Assembly: GCA_945869735.1 (NCBI GenBank)
Contig: CAMBPQ010000011.1
Coordinates: 1,023-65,022, forward strand
Reading direction: 5' to 3'
Origin: Planctomicrobium piriforme
GTDB taxonomy: Bacteria; Planctomycetota; Planctomycetia; Pirellulales; UBA1268
DNA length: 64,000 nucleotides
Shown piece by piece: positions 17,274-27,036 of the stretch. Under the pieces are notes generated by a model, which was not told the DNA's origin, did not search any database, and was given only the letters and a program-made list of their open reading frames with translations. How positions within the stretch are numbered: the stretch's first letter is position 1; each line of letters begins with the position of its first letter. The position numbers and the translations under genes were made by a program.

Positions 17274-18032
17274 TCACGGCAGGCGGTGGGTCCATGCGAC
17301 GTCGAGATAGCGATCGCGGACGAGCGAAGCAACGTGCTCCTCGGGCCAGTTGCGGCGCAGAGTGTCGGCTCCGAATGCCTGCCGCACCGCGGCCTCGAGC
17401 GGCCCGCGACCGAGACCGAGGTTGGCGACGAAGGCGGCGTGATCGCGGCCAGCACGATACCCGGGTTCGCGTGGCGGATGCCTGAGCACCTGCGATATCA
17501 GATCGAGGTCGAAGTCGTCGAGCAGCGTGCCGTGATAGAGGACGGCCTGCCGCCGCACCCGCAGCGCATTGCCCGACACCTTTCTCTCGATGCCATCCAC
17601 CGCGACGGCGAGGTCGCTCGAACCGCGCCGCACGACCGCCCTTCCGGCCACGACGAGCGCGGCGCAGAGCGGATCGAGCATCGCCGCATGGATCCGTTCG
17701 ATCGACGGCGTAGCCTCCGGGGTCGGCGCGATCACCGACCACATTACGCATCCCGGACCAAGCACGACAGTGAGCCCGCCGCTCGGCCGTCGCAGCACCT
17801 GCACGCCGCGGGAGCGGCAGGTATCGAGATCGATCTCCTGTTCCACATGGCTCGACGATCCCAGCACGACTGTCGGGGCGCGGGCCATCCATGTCCTGAC
17901 CACGGATCCGGTGAGCAGGCCGTCGTGGGCGTCGGCAAGGAGTGCCTCGTCGAGGGCCAGATTTTCAGCGACGGTCGGCAGGTCGGCATCAAGCCAGCAG
18001 GTACGGCCGTCTACGTGGAGACGTTGACTCAC
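17274..18032 (-). CDS. Lipoate-protein ligase / BPL-LplA-LipB family protein
   Basis: LALDEALL, VVRTWMARAPTVVLGSS, RRPSGGLTVVLGPG and RKVSGNALRVRRQAVLYHGTLL are typical of LplA-family catalytic domains. GTG start. Confidence 0.7.
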   Translation of the reverse strand: MSQRLHVDGRTCWLDADLPTVAENLALDEALLADAHDGLLTGSVVRTWMARAPTVVLGSSSHVEQEIDLDTCRSRGVQVLRRPSGGLTVVLGPGCVMWSVIAPTPEATPSIERIHAAMLDPLCAALVVAGRAVVRRGSSDLAVAVDGIERKVSGNALRVRRQAVLYHGTLLDDFDLDLISQVLRHPPREPGYRAGRDHAAFVANLGLGRGPLEAAVRQAFGADTLRRNWPEEHVASLVRDRYLDVAWTHRLP

Positions 18033-18057
18033 TTTCCCGACCTCCTAGACTTGCAGC

Positions 18058-19068
18058 ATGAGCGAACCCACCCGTCGCGGCCCCACGCCGGACGATGCCC
18101 TGCCGCACGTTGAACCGCCAAGCGCTGCGTTTCTGGTGCAACTTTTTTTGGTTCCGCTGACGATCGTGGCCTGCGGGCTGTTTGTGGTGTGGGGATTTTA
18201 CTGGCTCGCCCAGATGGGCAACGATCCCGAGAGTTATGTGCGGGCCCTGCGACGCAATAACGAGGGCCGCTGGCAGGTGGCCCTCAACTTCGCCAACGAC
18301 CTTCGAGGTCCGGGCGGCGCTGCACTCAAGGGCGACACGAAACTCGCTGCGGACCTCGCGGGCATTCTCGACGACGAGGTGGCCAGCGGCCGGCCGAAGG
18401 GTAGCGGCAACGCGGCCGAACAGTCGAAGACGCTCTGCGGCTACCTCTGCCGAGCGCTCGGGGAGTTTTCTGTGCCCGAGGCGGCCGTGCCGCTGCTGAA
18501 GCGGGCCACCGACACCACCGACCCGCAGACCGCTCAGGCGGCCGTCGAAGCGCTCGCCGTGCTTGCATCCAACCTCGCTGCCGCCGGGAAGTCGTTTGCC
18601 GAGCCGGCCGCTGTGACCAAGGCGATCCTCGTGGCCACGCAGAGCGATATGAAGACGCTACGGTCATCGGCCACGTTTGCGCTCGGCGTGATCGGCGGGC
18701 CGGGGGCCGGCGAGCGGCTCGGCCAGCTCGTGGAGGACGGCGACGACGACGTTCGCTACAACGCCGCAATCGGGTTGGCGAGGCAGGGCGCGGATGCCGC
18801 CTGGCAGCCGCTCGAAGAGATGCTCTCCCTGCCGGACGTGGTACCGCCTGAGGGTGACCAAAAGGGTCAGGCCGAGCGGTATCGGCGGGCGATGATCGTG
18901 GTCAACGCCCTCAAGGGGGTGAGCTTGCTCATCGATGACACGAAGCAGCCGCCTCCCGCAGCGATCACAAAACTCATCACGAACCTTGCCGAGGATCCCG
19001 TTTCCGACGTGCGGTCGAGCGCCACAGCGCTCGACCGGCGGATCGGCAGGCTCGCTGCCGGCGAGTAG
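18058..19068 (+). CDS. HEAT-repeat protein with an N-terminal TM helix
   Basis: Hydrophobic N-terminal segment FLVQLFLVPLTIVACGLFVVWGFYWLA. Repeats of the type DDDVRYNAAIGLARQG and DPVSDVRSSA are present. Confidence 0.65.
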   Translation: MSEPTRRGPTPDDALPHVEPPSAAFLVQLFLVPLTIVACGLFVVWGFYWLAQMGNDPESYVRALRRNNEGRWQVALNFANDLRGPGGAALKGDTKLAADLAGILDDEVASGRPKGSGNAAEQSKTLCGYLCRALGEFSVPEAAVPLLKRATDTTDPQTAQAAVEALAVLASNLAAAGKSFAEPAAVTKAILVATQSDMKTLRSSATFALGVIGGPGAGERLGQLVEDGDDDVRYNAAIGLARQGADAAWQPLEEMLSLPDVVPPEGDQKGQAERYRRAMIVVNALKGVSLLIDDTKQPPPAAITKLITNLAEDPVSDVRSSATALDRRIGRLAAGE

Positions 19069-19138
19069 CGTCGCGCCGGCGAATCATCGAAGCTCAGCGG
19101 TTGTGTTGTCCCGTCACCCCTGCCACCCGGAGTCTGCC

Positions 19139-19594
19139 ATGGCCGTCACCACCCAAGAGACGATTACCCTGCTTCTCGAGAGCTACCAGATGGAGCTCGA
19201 GACGGTGCTCAACTACCTCGCCAACAGCACGAACCTCGACGGCGTGCGGGCCGAGGAAATCAAGAAGTCGCTCGCGGCCGACGTGACCGGCGAGATCGGT
19301 CACGCCCAGCAACTTGCCAACCGCATCAAGCAGATTGGCGGCCACGTGCCTGGCTCGAAGAGCCTGGTGTTCGGCGGTCAGATCCAGCCCGTCACCGTCA
19401 CCACCGACGTCGTCGGTGTGATCAAGTCGGTGATCGCCGCCGAGGAGGCCGCCTGCGCGCAGTACAAGAAGATCATCAGGGCGGTCGACGGCGAGGATTA
19501 CGTCACCCAGGATCTCTGCATCCGTTTGCTGGCCGACGAAGAGGGGCATCTGGTGCAGTTCAAGGGCTTCCTGAAGGAATACACCACGGGCTAA
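19139..19594 (+). CDS. Ferritin-like / DPS-like domain protein
   Basis: ELETVLNYLANS..., GEIGHAQQLANRI, EEAACAQYKK and ADEEGHLVQFKGFL give a four-helix-bundle E/H ligand pattern. The internal ATG was chosen to avoid overlap with the preceding gene. Confidence 0.7.
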   Translation: MAVTTQETITLLLESYQMELETVLNYLANSTNLDGVRAEEIKKSLAADVTGEIGHAQQLANRIKQIGGHVPGSKSLVFGGQIQPVTVTTDVVGVIKSVIAAEEAACAQYKKIIRAVDGEDYVTQDLCIRLLADEEGHLVQFKGFLKEYTTG

Positions 19595-19596
19595 GG

Positions 19597-19651
19597 CGCA
19601 TTCGCTTTTGGGAGAGCGGCGAGATGGCACATACGTTGGATGCGCTCTCAG
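19597..19651 (+). repeat. Family-1 repeat, miniature derivative (ends only)
   Basis: gcgcattcgcttttgggagagcggcgagatggca...gttggatgcgctctc retains the left arm and right terminus of the 160-bp element. It lies in a convergent intergenic gap. Confidence 0.55.
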
Positions 19652-19691
19652 GCGGCCGCAGGGACTCCGCGAGAATCACGTGGAGGCCGGC

Positions 19692-20519
19692 TCACTCGCT
19701 GAGAAACTCTTCCAGCGCATCGCGAAGCATCTCTGCATCGGGCTCGACGCCCGACAGGGCGTGGAAGTCGATCGCCGTCTGCGCAGCGTGGATCTCGATC
19801 CCATCGACGACACAGCACCCCTGATCGGCGGCCTGCGCGGCGGCGGGAGAGAGGTGGCCGGCGAGCACGGCGTCGGCGACGAAGACTTCGCGACGCAGCT
19901 CCATGAACGCGGACTTGTGGCCGCTGAGCGGCGCGAGCACGATGATGCCCACCTGATCCGGCAGGGCGATTGCGGCCTGCCATTCGAGCATCGAAGCTTC
20001 CACCGCGTGGACGCCTGTGAGCGCGTCGACCAGCGCAAGCGTCCGCTCTGCTTGCGGATCGCAGACGAGCAGTCGCGATGCGCCGGCAAGCGCGAGTTCG
20101 AGGGCCGCAGCCCGGCCACAGGCATCGGCGCCCACGATCAGCACCGACTTGCCCGCCGGGTCGACGTGGGCCCGCAGCGCCTCGACGATGCCGCGGCCGT
20201 CGGTCATGTGGCCGACGAGGCCTTCGGGCCGCTGCTCAATCAGGCTCACGGCGCCGGAGAACGTGGCTGTCGGGCTAGCCGCGGCCACGAGCGGGAGCGC
20301 TGCTTCGCGAAGCGGACCGGAAAGAACACAGCCGCGAAATCCGAGGGCGCCGACGCCCGCAATCGCAGCGGCTACGTTTCCTGCTGCGACCTCGCAGGTG
20401 ACGAACCGCCAGTCGAGTTCGGCTGCGGTGATCGCCCGCTCAAAGAGATACTGCGCCGGATTGCCGGCGGCCGGGCAGCCGAGCAGCGCGATGAGTTCCT
20501 GGAGGGCGGGGCTGGTCAT
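19692..20519 (-). CDS. aroE: Shikimate dehydrogenase
   Basis: The GNPAQYLFERA region, GFRGCVLSGPLRE, MTDGRG and VLIVGADACGRAAALELA (Rossmann) are present. Confidence 0.8.
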   Translation of the reverse strand: MTSPALQELIALLGCPAAGNPAQYLFERAITAAELDWRFVTCEVAAGNVAAAIAGVGALGFRGCVLSGPLREAALPLVAAASPTATFSGAVSLIEQRPEGLVGHMTDGRGIVEALRAHVDPAGKSVLIVGADACGRAAALELALAGASRLLVCDPQAERTLALVDALTGVHAVEASMLEWQAAIALPDQVGIIVLAPLSGHKSAFMELRREVFVADAVLAGHLSPAAAQAADQGCCVVDGIEIHAAQTAIDFHALSGVEPDAEMLRDALEEFLSE

Positions 20520-20585
20520 CCGATGATCCGTCCTTGCATCCTTGCATCCAGGATCCGTCCGCGACTCACCGCGGATCGGAATCGC

Positions 20586-21140
20586 TCACACCACCACCAG
20601 CGTGGCCGCAAGGAATCGTGGATCCCCCCGGATCGGATCGAAGTCGCGCTCCGCACCGGTGAGATCGCGGAAGCGGTCGTCGAGCGAAATCGCCTGCGTG
20701 AGGTGTCCCACTGCCGCCGACACGTCACCGGCGAGCGAGTGATAACAGGCAAGGTTATAGAGCAGGAGCGGCTGGCTCGGCGCCGTCTCAAGACCGGTGT
20801 GAAGCACCTCGATGGCCTCCTTGAGCCGACCGAGTCGCTTGTAGCACCAGCCGAGGCCAAGCCAGGCCTCCAACTGGTCGGGTACGGCCTCCGCCGCCCG
20901 CCGGAACGGGGAAACAGCCGCTTCCCATTCGCCCAGGGAACGGAGGGCACGCCCCTCGAGCAGGCTCGCCACCGGCCCGGAACGGTTGGGTTCCGGCAGG
21001 TGCCGCAGTTCCGCCAGGGCCCGCTGCAGCAGTTTTCGGCCGTTTTCAGGCACGGGCGCGTCGCCGTCGGCGAGCAGCTCGCCGAGTTCGATATAGCCCG
21101 CGGCGTGCCGCAGGTGCAGATGTCGACAAAGGCTGTTCAT
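20586..21140 (-). CDS. Tetratricopeptide repeat protein
   Basis: Repeated W..LG.CY..LGRL.EA and YNLACYHSLAGD TPR signatures. Confidence 0.7.
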   Translation of the reverse strand: MNSLCRHLHLRHAAGYIELGELLADGDAPVPENGRKLLQRALAELRHLPEPNRSGPVASLLEGRALRSLGEWEAAVSPFRRAAEAVPDQLEAWLGLGWCYKRLGRLKEAIEVLHTGLETAPSQPLLLYNLACYHSLAGDVSAAVGHLTQAISLDDRFRDLTGAERDFDPIRGDPRFLAATLVVV

Positions 21141-21406
21141 GGATCGAGGGGCCCCGGGCGATGTGCCGAGTTTTGCCGTCTCCGGTAAATTTTAGCCCGC
21201 GTTCTGGAAACGCCAACCCAACAGACGACATCTCTACGCAGGAAAGCCCCCGTCGGATCGCTCCCGACAAAGCTTTCTGGCCAGCTTTTCGCCGCTGGCC
21301 AGAAAATCTGCACGAAAAGTCCGAGGGAATGCCACTCTTATCTATGGAAGGGCGAAAGAAGGGCACGCGAGCCCCTGCAGCCCCGACCCACCTCCCGGAG
21401 GACTAG

Positions 21407-23692
21407 ATGCGGCTGACCGTGAGAACCCTGCTGGCCTGGATCGACGGCGTGCTCGGCTCCGACGACCAGAAGGCTCTCGGCGAGAAAGTGGCCGCGAGCG
21501 ATGTGGCTCCGCGGCTCGTCGAGCGGACGAATGGCGCCGTGGCTCATCCGGGGCTCTCGGCCCCTGCGCCGGAGGGCAGGGGGCTCGCCGACGACCCCAA
21601 CACTGCGGCGGAGTTTCTCGACAATGTGCTCGGAGCGGAACGCCTCCAGGTCTTCGAACGGGTCTGTATCGACTCAGACATACATCTGGCGGAAGTGGCT
21701 GCCTGCCACCGCCTGCTCGCCGAGATGACTGGCGACCCGCAGGCTCTTGAGCTTCTCGATGCAGGTCAGCGGCGAACGCTTCTGGCCGCGGTCGCCAAGC
21801 ACGTCGCCGCTAGCGGAAAACCGGCTGCGATGAATGCCGCCCTTGCAGGGACCGAGCGGCTGCGCACGCCCGAGTCTTCGGCCGCGGCACGACAGTCGAC
21901 TCGCGCGGTGGCCCCGGTGTTGTCTTCTCAGCCGCGCCGCCCGCCGCGGAAGGCCCCGCTGGCCGCATGGATTTCGGCTGCCGCTGCAGTCGGCCTGCTG
22001 CTCCTGCTGGGGGGCTTTTTTGTCTGGTCGCTCACTCGCGGCAACGGCAGGCGCGGGCCGAAGCCCACAGAGATCGCCGTCGCGTCGGTCGTGCCCGAGT
22101 CACCGCCCGAGAAGCCGGCAGCGGAGCCTGCGGCCGTGGTGAAACCAGTCACCGTCGCCGAGCCACCGGCCGCACAGGCTCCGATCCCCGCCGCGATCCC
22201 GGAGCAACCCATACCACCGCCGCCCGCGGCCGCCCCCGCCGAGCAGCCTGCCGTGGCCGCTGCCGTGCCACCGTCGCCGCCCAGCCTGCTGGGCCTGGAG
22301 GAGCATCGCGTACCCAACGGCGACGCGCTCGCGATCGTCGCGCCGCCGGCCGCGCGGCCGGTCGCACCAGACGGACCGGTGATGGCACCCATCGGCCAGG
22401 CGGCTGATGCACGCCTGGCACTGCACGACCCGCCTGCCGCCGGTGCACCGCTTCCCGATGCGGCCACCGGAGGCGATGTTGGCCTGCTTTTGCATCTTGT
22501 GGAAGGGAAGGAGAGGCCGCGCTGGCAGCCGCTTAGAGTCAACGACGCGCTCGCCGATCGGGAAAATCTGCTCGCGCCGCCCTGGTGCCACTCGGTAGTC
22601 ACGATCAACGGGATAACGATCCGGCTGCATCCCGACACCCGCGCCGTGCTGAGCCGCGATCCCGACGGTACACCCCGGCTCGAGGTTGTGTTTGGCCGTG
22701 CCGTGGTAAGAGGCGAGGCCGCCGACGCGAAGCTCGGCGTGATGGCGGGCGGACTGTGCGGCGTGCTCTCCGGAGTGATGCGGCAGCCAGCGGGCATCGA
22801 AGTCTTGCTCACGCGGGATGCGGGAGGCGACGCGGAGCCACGGAGGCGAGCGACCATCTTCGCGGGAGCGGCCGAGAAAGTGTGGCGGCAGACGGGGGCC
22901 GACGGCGGCGCAGCTGAACCGCTCGCGGGCATGCCCGCCGAACTGCTCGTCGCCCCGCGGGCTACGCTTGCCTGGGACGACCGTGACCCGGCGGCCGGCG
23001 TCGTCGGCCCGCCGCCCGTCGACCCCACGTGGATGAGTGCCACGGCCAGCAACGACCGCCTCGCACGGGCCGCCTCGCGGACGCTTGCCGGTCTGCTCAC
23101 AACGGATGCCGATGGCGATGTCGAGAAACCGCTCAGTGACTTGGCGGACGATCGACGCGTTGAGAATCGAATGATTGCCGCTGCCACGCTCGCGCTGCTC
23201 GGCGACTACGACCAGTTGGTGACGCTGCTCGGCGACGAATCGCCGCGCGGGATGCTCAACGAGACCCAGTGGACGACGCTTGAGGAGATGACGGTGCCGC
23301 TGGCACTCGCCCGCGGTGAGAACGCCGCCGCCAGGCTCGGCGACGCGCTGCAAACCTGCGGCCCGGCCGGCAAGGGCGACATGCTTTTGAGACTGGCCAG
23401 GGGATTCACCGACGCCGAACTCGCAGCCGGCGAAGACGCACTCCTGGTCGGAGCGCTCGACGACGGCAGTCTTGCCGTGCGTCGCTACGCGATCCGCCGG
23501 CTCATCGAGATCGTGCAGCCAGACGCACGTCACCGGATGGGGTATCGGGCCGACCGGGCGCCCGGGATCCGGAAGGACGGGATCGCGTGGTGGAACTCCC
23601 AGCTCCAGCAGGGCCGCATCCGCCGCGAGCCGCCACCCGCAGAGTCGGCCCCACCCGCAGCGTCGCGTCCGGCGGCACGCGACGACGAGTGA
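21407..23692 (+). CDS. Large membrane-anchored hypothetical protein (Pro/Ala-rich linker, C-terminal HEAT-like repeats)
   Basis: 761-aa ORF with a TM segment AAWISAAAAVGLLLLLGGFFVW, a P/A-rich tract, and C-terminal RRVENRMIAAATLALLGD / LAVRRYAIRRL repeats. Confidence 0.6.
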   Translation: MRLTVRTLLAWIDGVLGSDDQKALGEKVAASDVAPRLVERTNGAVAHPGLSAPAPEGRGLADDPNTAAEFLDNVLGAERLQVFERVCIDSDIHLAEVAACHRLLAEMTGDPQALELLDAGQRRTLLAAVAKHVAASGKPAAMNAALAGTERLRTPESSAAARQSTRAVAPVLSSQPRRPPRKAPLAAWISAAAAVGLLLLLGGFFVWSLTRGNGRRGPKPTEIAVASVVPESPPEKPAAEPAAVVKPVTVAEPPAAQAPIPAAIPEQPIPPPPAAAPAEQPAVAAAVPPSPPSLLGLEEHRVPNGDALAIVAPPAARPVAPDGPVMAPIGQAADARLALHDPPAAGAPLPDAATGGDVGLLLHLVEGKERPRWQPLRVNDALADRENLLAPPWCHSVVTINGITIRLHPDTRAVLSRDPDGTPRLEVVFGRAVVRGEAADAKLGVMAGGLCGVLSGVMRQPAGIEVLLTRDAGGDAEPRRRATIFAGAAEKVWRQTGADGGAAEPLAGMPAELLVAPRATLAWDDRDPAAGVVGPPPVDPTWMSATASNDRLARAASRTLAGLLTTDADGDVEKPLSDLADDRRVENRMIAAATLALLGDYDQLVTLLGDESPRGMLNETQWTTLEEMTVPLALARGENAAARLGDALQTCGPAGKGDMLLRLARGFTDAELAAGEDALLVGALDDGSLAVRRYAIRRLIEIVQPDARHRMGYRADRAPGIRKDGIAWWNSQLQQGRIRREPPPAESAPPAASRPAARDDE

Positions 23693-23872
23693 GTTTCGCG
23701 TCGCACGCGAGGATTCCGTGGTGCGAATTGCTGCGATAGTGGCGGCGGTGATATGCTCCTCGACAACCGTCGCAGGGCCCCCGAGGGCCACCGCGGCCCG
23801 GCCATAAATGAGGCCGGAGTGCCCCGGGCGACCTCGAAATCCTTATCGCCATCCTTTTTTGGGAGCTACTGG

Positions 23873-24193
23873 GTGCAAATCAAACTCTCATCGCGTCATG
23901 GGCAACTGAGCCCTGCCGCCCAATCGAAGGTCGAGTCGAAAGTGTCGCGGCTGACCCGGTATTTCGACCGGCTGACGGCCCTCAATGTGACCGTCGACCT
24001 GCAGAATCGGGCCCTGCCGGCGGTCGAGATCGTGGCCTCTTCCGAACACTTCCACGAACTCGTCAGCCACGAAACCTCCGCGCATCTCTGGCGGAGCGTC
24101 GACGGCGCCGTGCAGAAGATGGAGCAGCAACTCCGCAAGCACAAGGAAAAGGTCCGCGACCACAAGCATGTGCAGTCGGGCCGCCGGTCCTGA
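23873..24193 (+). CDS. hpf: Ribosome hibernation promoting factor (HPF/RaiA family)
   Basis: VQIKLSSRHGQLSPAAQSKVESKVSRLTRYFDRLTALNVTVDL... GTG start with GGGAG 7 nt upstream. Confidence 0.8.
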   Translation: MQIKLSSRHGQLSPAAQSKVESKVSRLTRYFDRLTALNVTVDLQNRALPAVEIVASSEHFHELVSHETSAHLWRSVDGAVQKMEQQLRKHKEKVRDHKHVQSGRRS

Positions 24194-24237
24194 CCCTCCT
24201 TGGCCCCCCGGCCCCACCCTTCGAGACGGCAGCACGC

Positions 24238-24714
24238 ATGAAGTTTTCCGATTTCGTCGCCACCGATACGATCCGCTCGGACGTTCAGGCGGATTCCAAG
24301 GAGGGTGTGATCCGCGAGATGGCGCAGTCGCTCGTCGACGCGGGGAAGATCGCGGCCTGTGACCTGGAAGGCATCGTCAAGGCGATCATGAAGCGGGAGG
24401 ATCTCGGCAGCACCGGCATAGGTCGCGGCGTCGCGGTGCCCCACACGAAGCACCCGAGCGTGAGTAGGCTGGTGGGCACGGTGGCAGTAAGCAAGGGAGG
24501 CATCGACTTCCAAAGCCTCGACGGGGAGCCCGTGCAACTGTTCTTCCTGCTCGTCTCTCCGCCAGACCGTCCCGGCGACCACCTGCGGGCGCTTGAGAAC
24601 ATCTCACGACAACTCCGCGACGACTCCTTCTGTCGGCTCCTGAAGTCAGCGAAGGAGCCCATCGACATCCAGCATCTCCTCGAAGAGGCCGACAGCCACG
24701 GCGTGGCGTCCTGA
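24238..24714 (+). CDS. ptsN: PTS IIA-Ntr type regulatory protein
   Basis: REDLGSTGIGRGVAVPHTK contains the phospho-His motif, and FFLLVSP...HLRALENISR follows. Confidence 0.85.
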   Translation: MKFSDFVATDTIRSDVQADSKEGVIREMAQSLVDAGKIAACDLEGIVKAIMKREDLGSTGIGRGVAVPHTKHPSVSRLVGTVAVSKGGIDFQSLDGEPVQLFFLLVSPPDRPGDHLRALENISRQLRDDSFCRLLKSAKEPIDIQHLLEEADSHGVAS

Positions 24715-24715
24715 C

Positions 24716-25060
24716 ATGACCGCAAAGAGCAATGAATCGATTCACGATGCCGCCTCCGGCGGTCTCCAGATGGAGACTGTGTCGAGGGAAGTCATCGTGA
24801 TCAACGCCGCAGGGCTGCACGCTCGGCCGGCGGATCTGCTCGCGCGGGAAGCACGCAAGTGGCAGTCGCGGATCGAGTTGGTCAACGACGCGCAGCGGGC
24901 TGACGGCAAGAGCATCCTCGAGCTGCTCACGCTGGCGGCCGAGTCGGGCACCCGGCTCGTGGTGGAGGCGACTGGCCCCGACGCCCGTGAGGCGCTCGAC
25001 GCGATCGGCAGCCTTTTTGAAACACGATTCAACGAACGAGACAGCGACCAGAAATCCTGA
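24716..25060 (+). CDS. ptsH: HPr-family phosphocarrier protein (start may be the internal Met at METVSRE)
   Basis: VINAAGLHARPA is the active-site His motif, followed by DGKSILELLTLAA. Confidence 0.8.
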   Translation: MTAKSNESIHDAASGGLQMETVSREVIVINAAGLHARPADLLAREARKWQSRIELVNDAQRADGKSILELLTLAAESGTRLVVEATGPDAREALDAIGSLFETRFNERDSDQKS

Positions 25061-25250
25061 CCGGAGCGAACGCCCAGGGGCCGAGCACGGCCCCCGATCG
25101 TGCCGGCCGCAGAGACAGACCGAAAACCTACAAAGGAGCCGCAACCAGCCGCCAGGCGCGAGACCCCGGGATCGTGATCGCCTTCCGCTCAACGTGGAAC
25201 GAGTGATCTCCCGAGTGGGTGCTCTGCTGCCAGCGCGTTGACTGCGCCCG

Positions 25251-26990
25251 ATGCTCAAACTCCAAGGCATCGCCGTTTCACCCGGCGTCACGATCGGCGA
25301 GGCGCTGGTCCTCGATAGCGAGGGATTTCGCATCCCGCGGCGGTTCGTCGAGCGCAGTGCCGTCGACACCGAACTGGCCCGCCTGGCCGTCGCCGTGGCC
25401 GAGACCTCCCGTGAGGTGGAGCGCAACCGCGATGCGATCCGCGTTGAGCTCGGCGATCAGTACGCTGCCATCTTCGAGGCCCACCTGGCGATGCTTCACG
25501 ACCCGAAGCTCCAGGAGGAGTTGACCAGCGCCGTCCGCGACAAGAACTGGTGGCCCGAATACGCGGTGAGCCGCACGCTGCGCCGCTACGCGAAGGCCTT
25601 TCAAAACCTCGACAACCACATCGCGCAGCGGGCCCACGACATCTACGACCTCGAGAAGAGCCTGCTGCGAAACCTGCTCGGACAGCGGCGGGAGACGCTC
25701 GCCGCGATCTCGCAGCCGGTGGTCGTGCTGGCCCACAACCTGACGCCGAGCGAGACGGCCAACCTCGACCGCCGGCTCGTGAAGGGCTTCGCCACCGAAC
25801 TCGGTGGCCCCGGCAGCCACACCGCGATCGTGGCCGAGGGGCTCGAGATCCCGGCTGTCGTCGGCATCGGGCCGTTTCTCGCCGACGTGTCGGGGGGCGA
25901 GCCGGTGATCCTCGACGGCAACCAGGGGGTGATCATCCTCCAGCCCGACGAGGAGACGATCGCGCAGTATCGCCTCAAGGAGGAGGCTGCCCGCACGGTG
26001 GCGGCACGCCTCGATCGGCTCCGCGACCTGCCCGCCGAGACGACCGACGGTGTTCGTGTGCAGATCTTGGGCAACATCGAGTTTCCCAGTGAAGTCGAGC
26101 AGTGCATCAGCCGCGGCTGCGATGGCATCGGCCTCTATCGCACCGAGTTTCTCTACCTCACGAGCAAGCGCGAGCCCACCGAGGCGGACCACTACGACGC
26201 CTACAGCGAAGTGGTGAACGCGATGGCCGGCAAGCCGGTCGTGATCCGCACCCTCGACCTCGGCGCCGACAAGATGCTCACGGCGACGACGCCCGAGGAG
26301 GAACGCAATCCCTGCCTCGGCCTGCGAAGCATCCGGCTTTCGCTGCGGCAGTTGCCGATCTTCCGCACGCAACTGCGGGCGATCCTCCGAGCCAGCGCCT
26401 TAGGCGACGTCCGCGTGATGTTTCCGCTCATCTCCACGATCGTGGAACTTCGGCAGGCCCGGATGGTGCTCGCCGACGTGATGGAGGATCTCGCCGAACA
26501 CGGCATCGCGTTTAACCCGAAGATGCCGGTGGGGATGATGGTCGAGACGCCAGCCGCCGTGATGATGCTCGACGCATTCATCAAAGAGGTCGATTTTGTC
26601 TCGATCGGCACCAACGACCTGATCCAGTACACGCTGGCGGTCGACCGGGGCAACAAGGAGGTTGCGGATCTGTACAACGCCTGCGATCCGGCGGTGCTGC
26701 GGCTGTTGCGCCGCTCGCTGGACGTGGCGGCCGAGGCCGGCGTGCCGGCCAGCGTGTGCGGTCAGATGAGCGGCAGCGTGATGTTCACGCAGCTGCTTCT
26801 GGGATTGGGTCTCCGGCAACTGAGTGTGCCGGCGAGCTCCGTTCCGGAGGTGAAGCAGGCGTGCCGAAGCGTTTCGGCCGCCGACTGTCGCCTGATCGCC
26901 GATAAGGCACTGACGATGTACGGCGCGCAGGAGGTGAAAGCCTACCTGCGCGAGCAGTTGCGTCGCCTGCTTGCCCAGACAGTGGCCTAG
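25251..26990 (+). CDS. ptsI: Phosphoenolpyruvate-protein phosphotransferase (Enzyme I)
   Basis: GGPGSHTAIVAEGLEIPAVVG contains the phospho-His. GIGLYRTEFLY, IRTLDLGADK and SIGTNDLIQYTLAVDR are also present. Confidence 0.9.
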   Translation: MLKLQGIAVSPGVTIGEALVLDSEGFRIPRRFVERSAVDTELARLAVAVAETSREVERNRDAIRVELGDQYAAIFEAHLAMLHDPKLQEELTSAVRDKNWWPEYAVSRTLRRYAKAFQNLDNHIAQRAHDIYDLEKSLLRNLLGQRRETLAAISQPVVVLAHNLTPSETANLDRRLVKGFATELGGPGSHTAIVAEGLEIPAVVGIGPFLADVSGGEPVILDGNQGVIILQPDEETIAQYRLKEEAARTVAARLDRLRDLPAETTDGVRVQILGNIEFPSEVEQCISRGCDGIGLYRTEFLYLTSKREPTEADHYDAYSEVVNAMAGKPVVIRTLDLGADKMLTATTPEEERNPCLGLRSIRLSLRQLPIFRTQLRAILRASALGDVRVMFPLISTIVELRQARMVLADVMEDLAEHGIAFNPKMPVGMMVETPAAVMMLDAFIKEVDFVSIGTNDLIQYTLAVDRGNKEVADLYNACDPAVLRLLRRSLDVAAEAGVPASVCGQMSGSVMFTQLLLGLGLRQLSVPASSVPEVKQACRSVSAADCRLIADKALTMYGAQEVKAYLREQLRRLLAQTVA

Positions 26991-27036
26991 GAGCCATTCC
27001 GCCTTCGGGCGGATGACACACAGAAGGGAAAACCAG

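Noticed and set aside
19608-21188. 526-aa + strand ORF covering aroE and the TPR gene
   Set aside because: It is antisense to two motif-supported genes and crosses their intergenic gap. It has no motifs.
23720-23740. Sigma-54 promoter (tggtgcgaattgc) upstream of hpf
   Set aside because: The GG-to-GC spacing is 10 nt instead of the 12 nt in the TGGCAC-N5-TTGC consensus, and the -24 element is imperfect.
21928-23791. Minus-strand ORFs of 419 aa and 563 aa opposite the 761-aa membrane protein
   Set aside because: Both give Ser/Ala/Arg/Gly-rich nonsense. The + strand ORF has a TM helix, a coherent Pro-rich linker and HEAT-like repeats.
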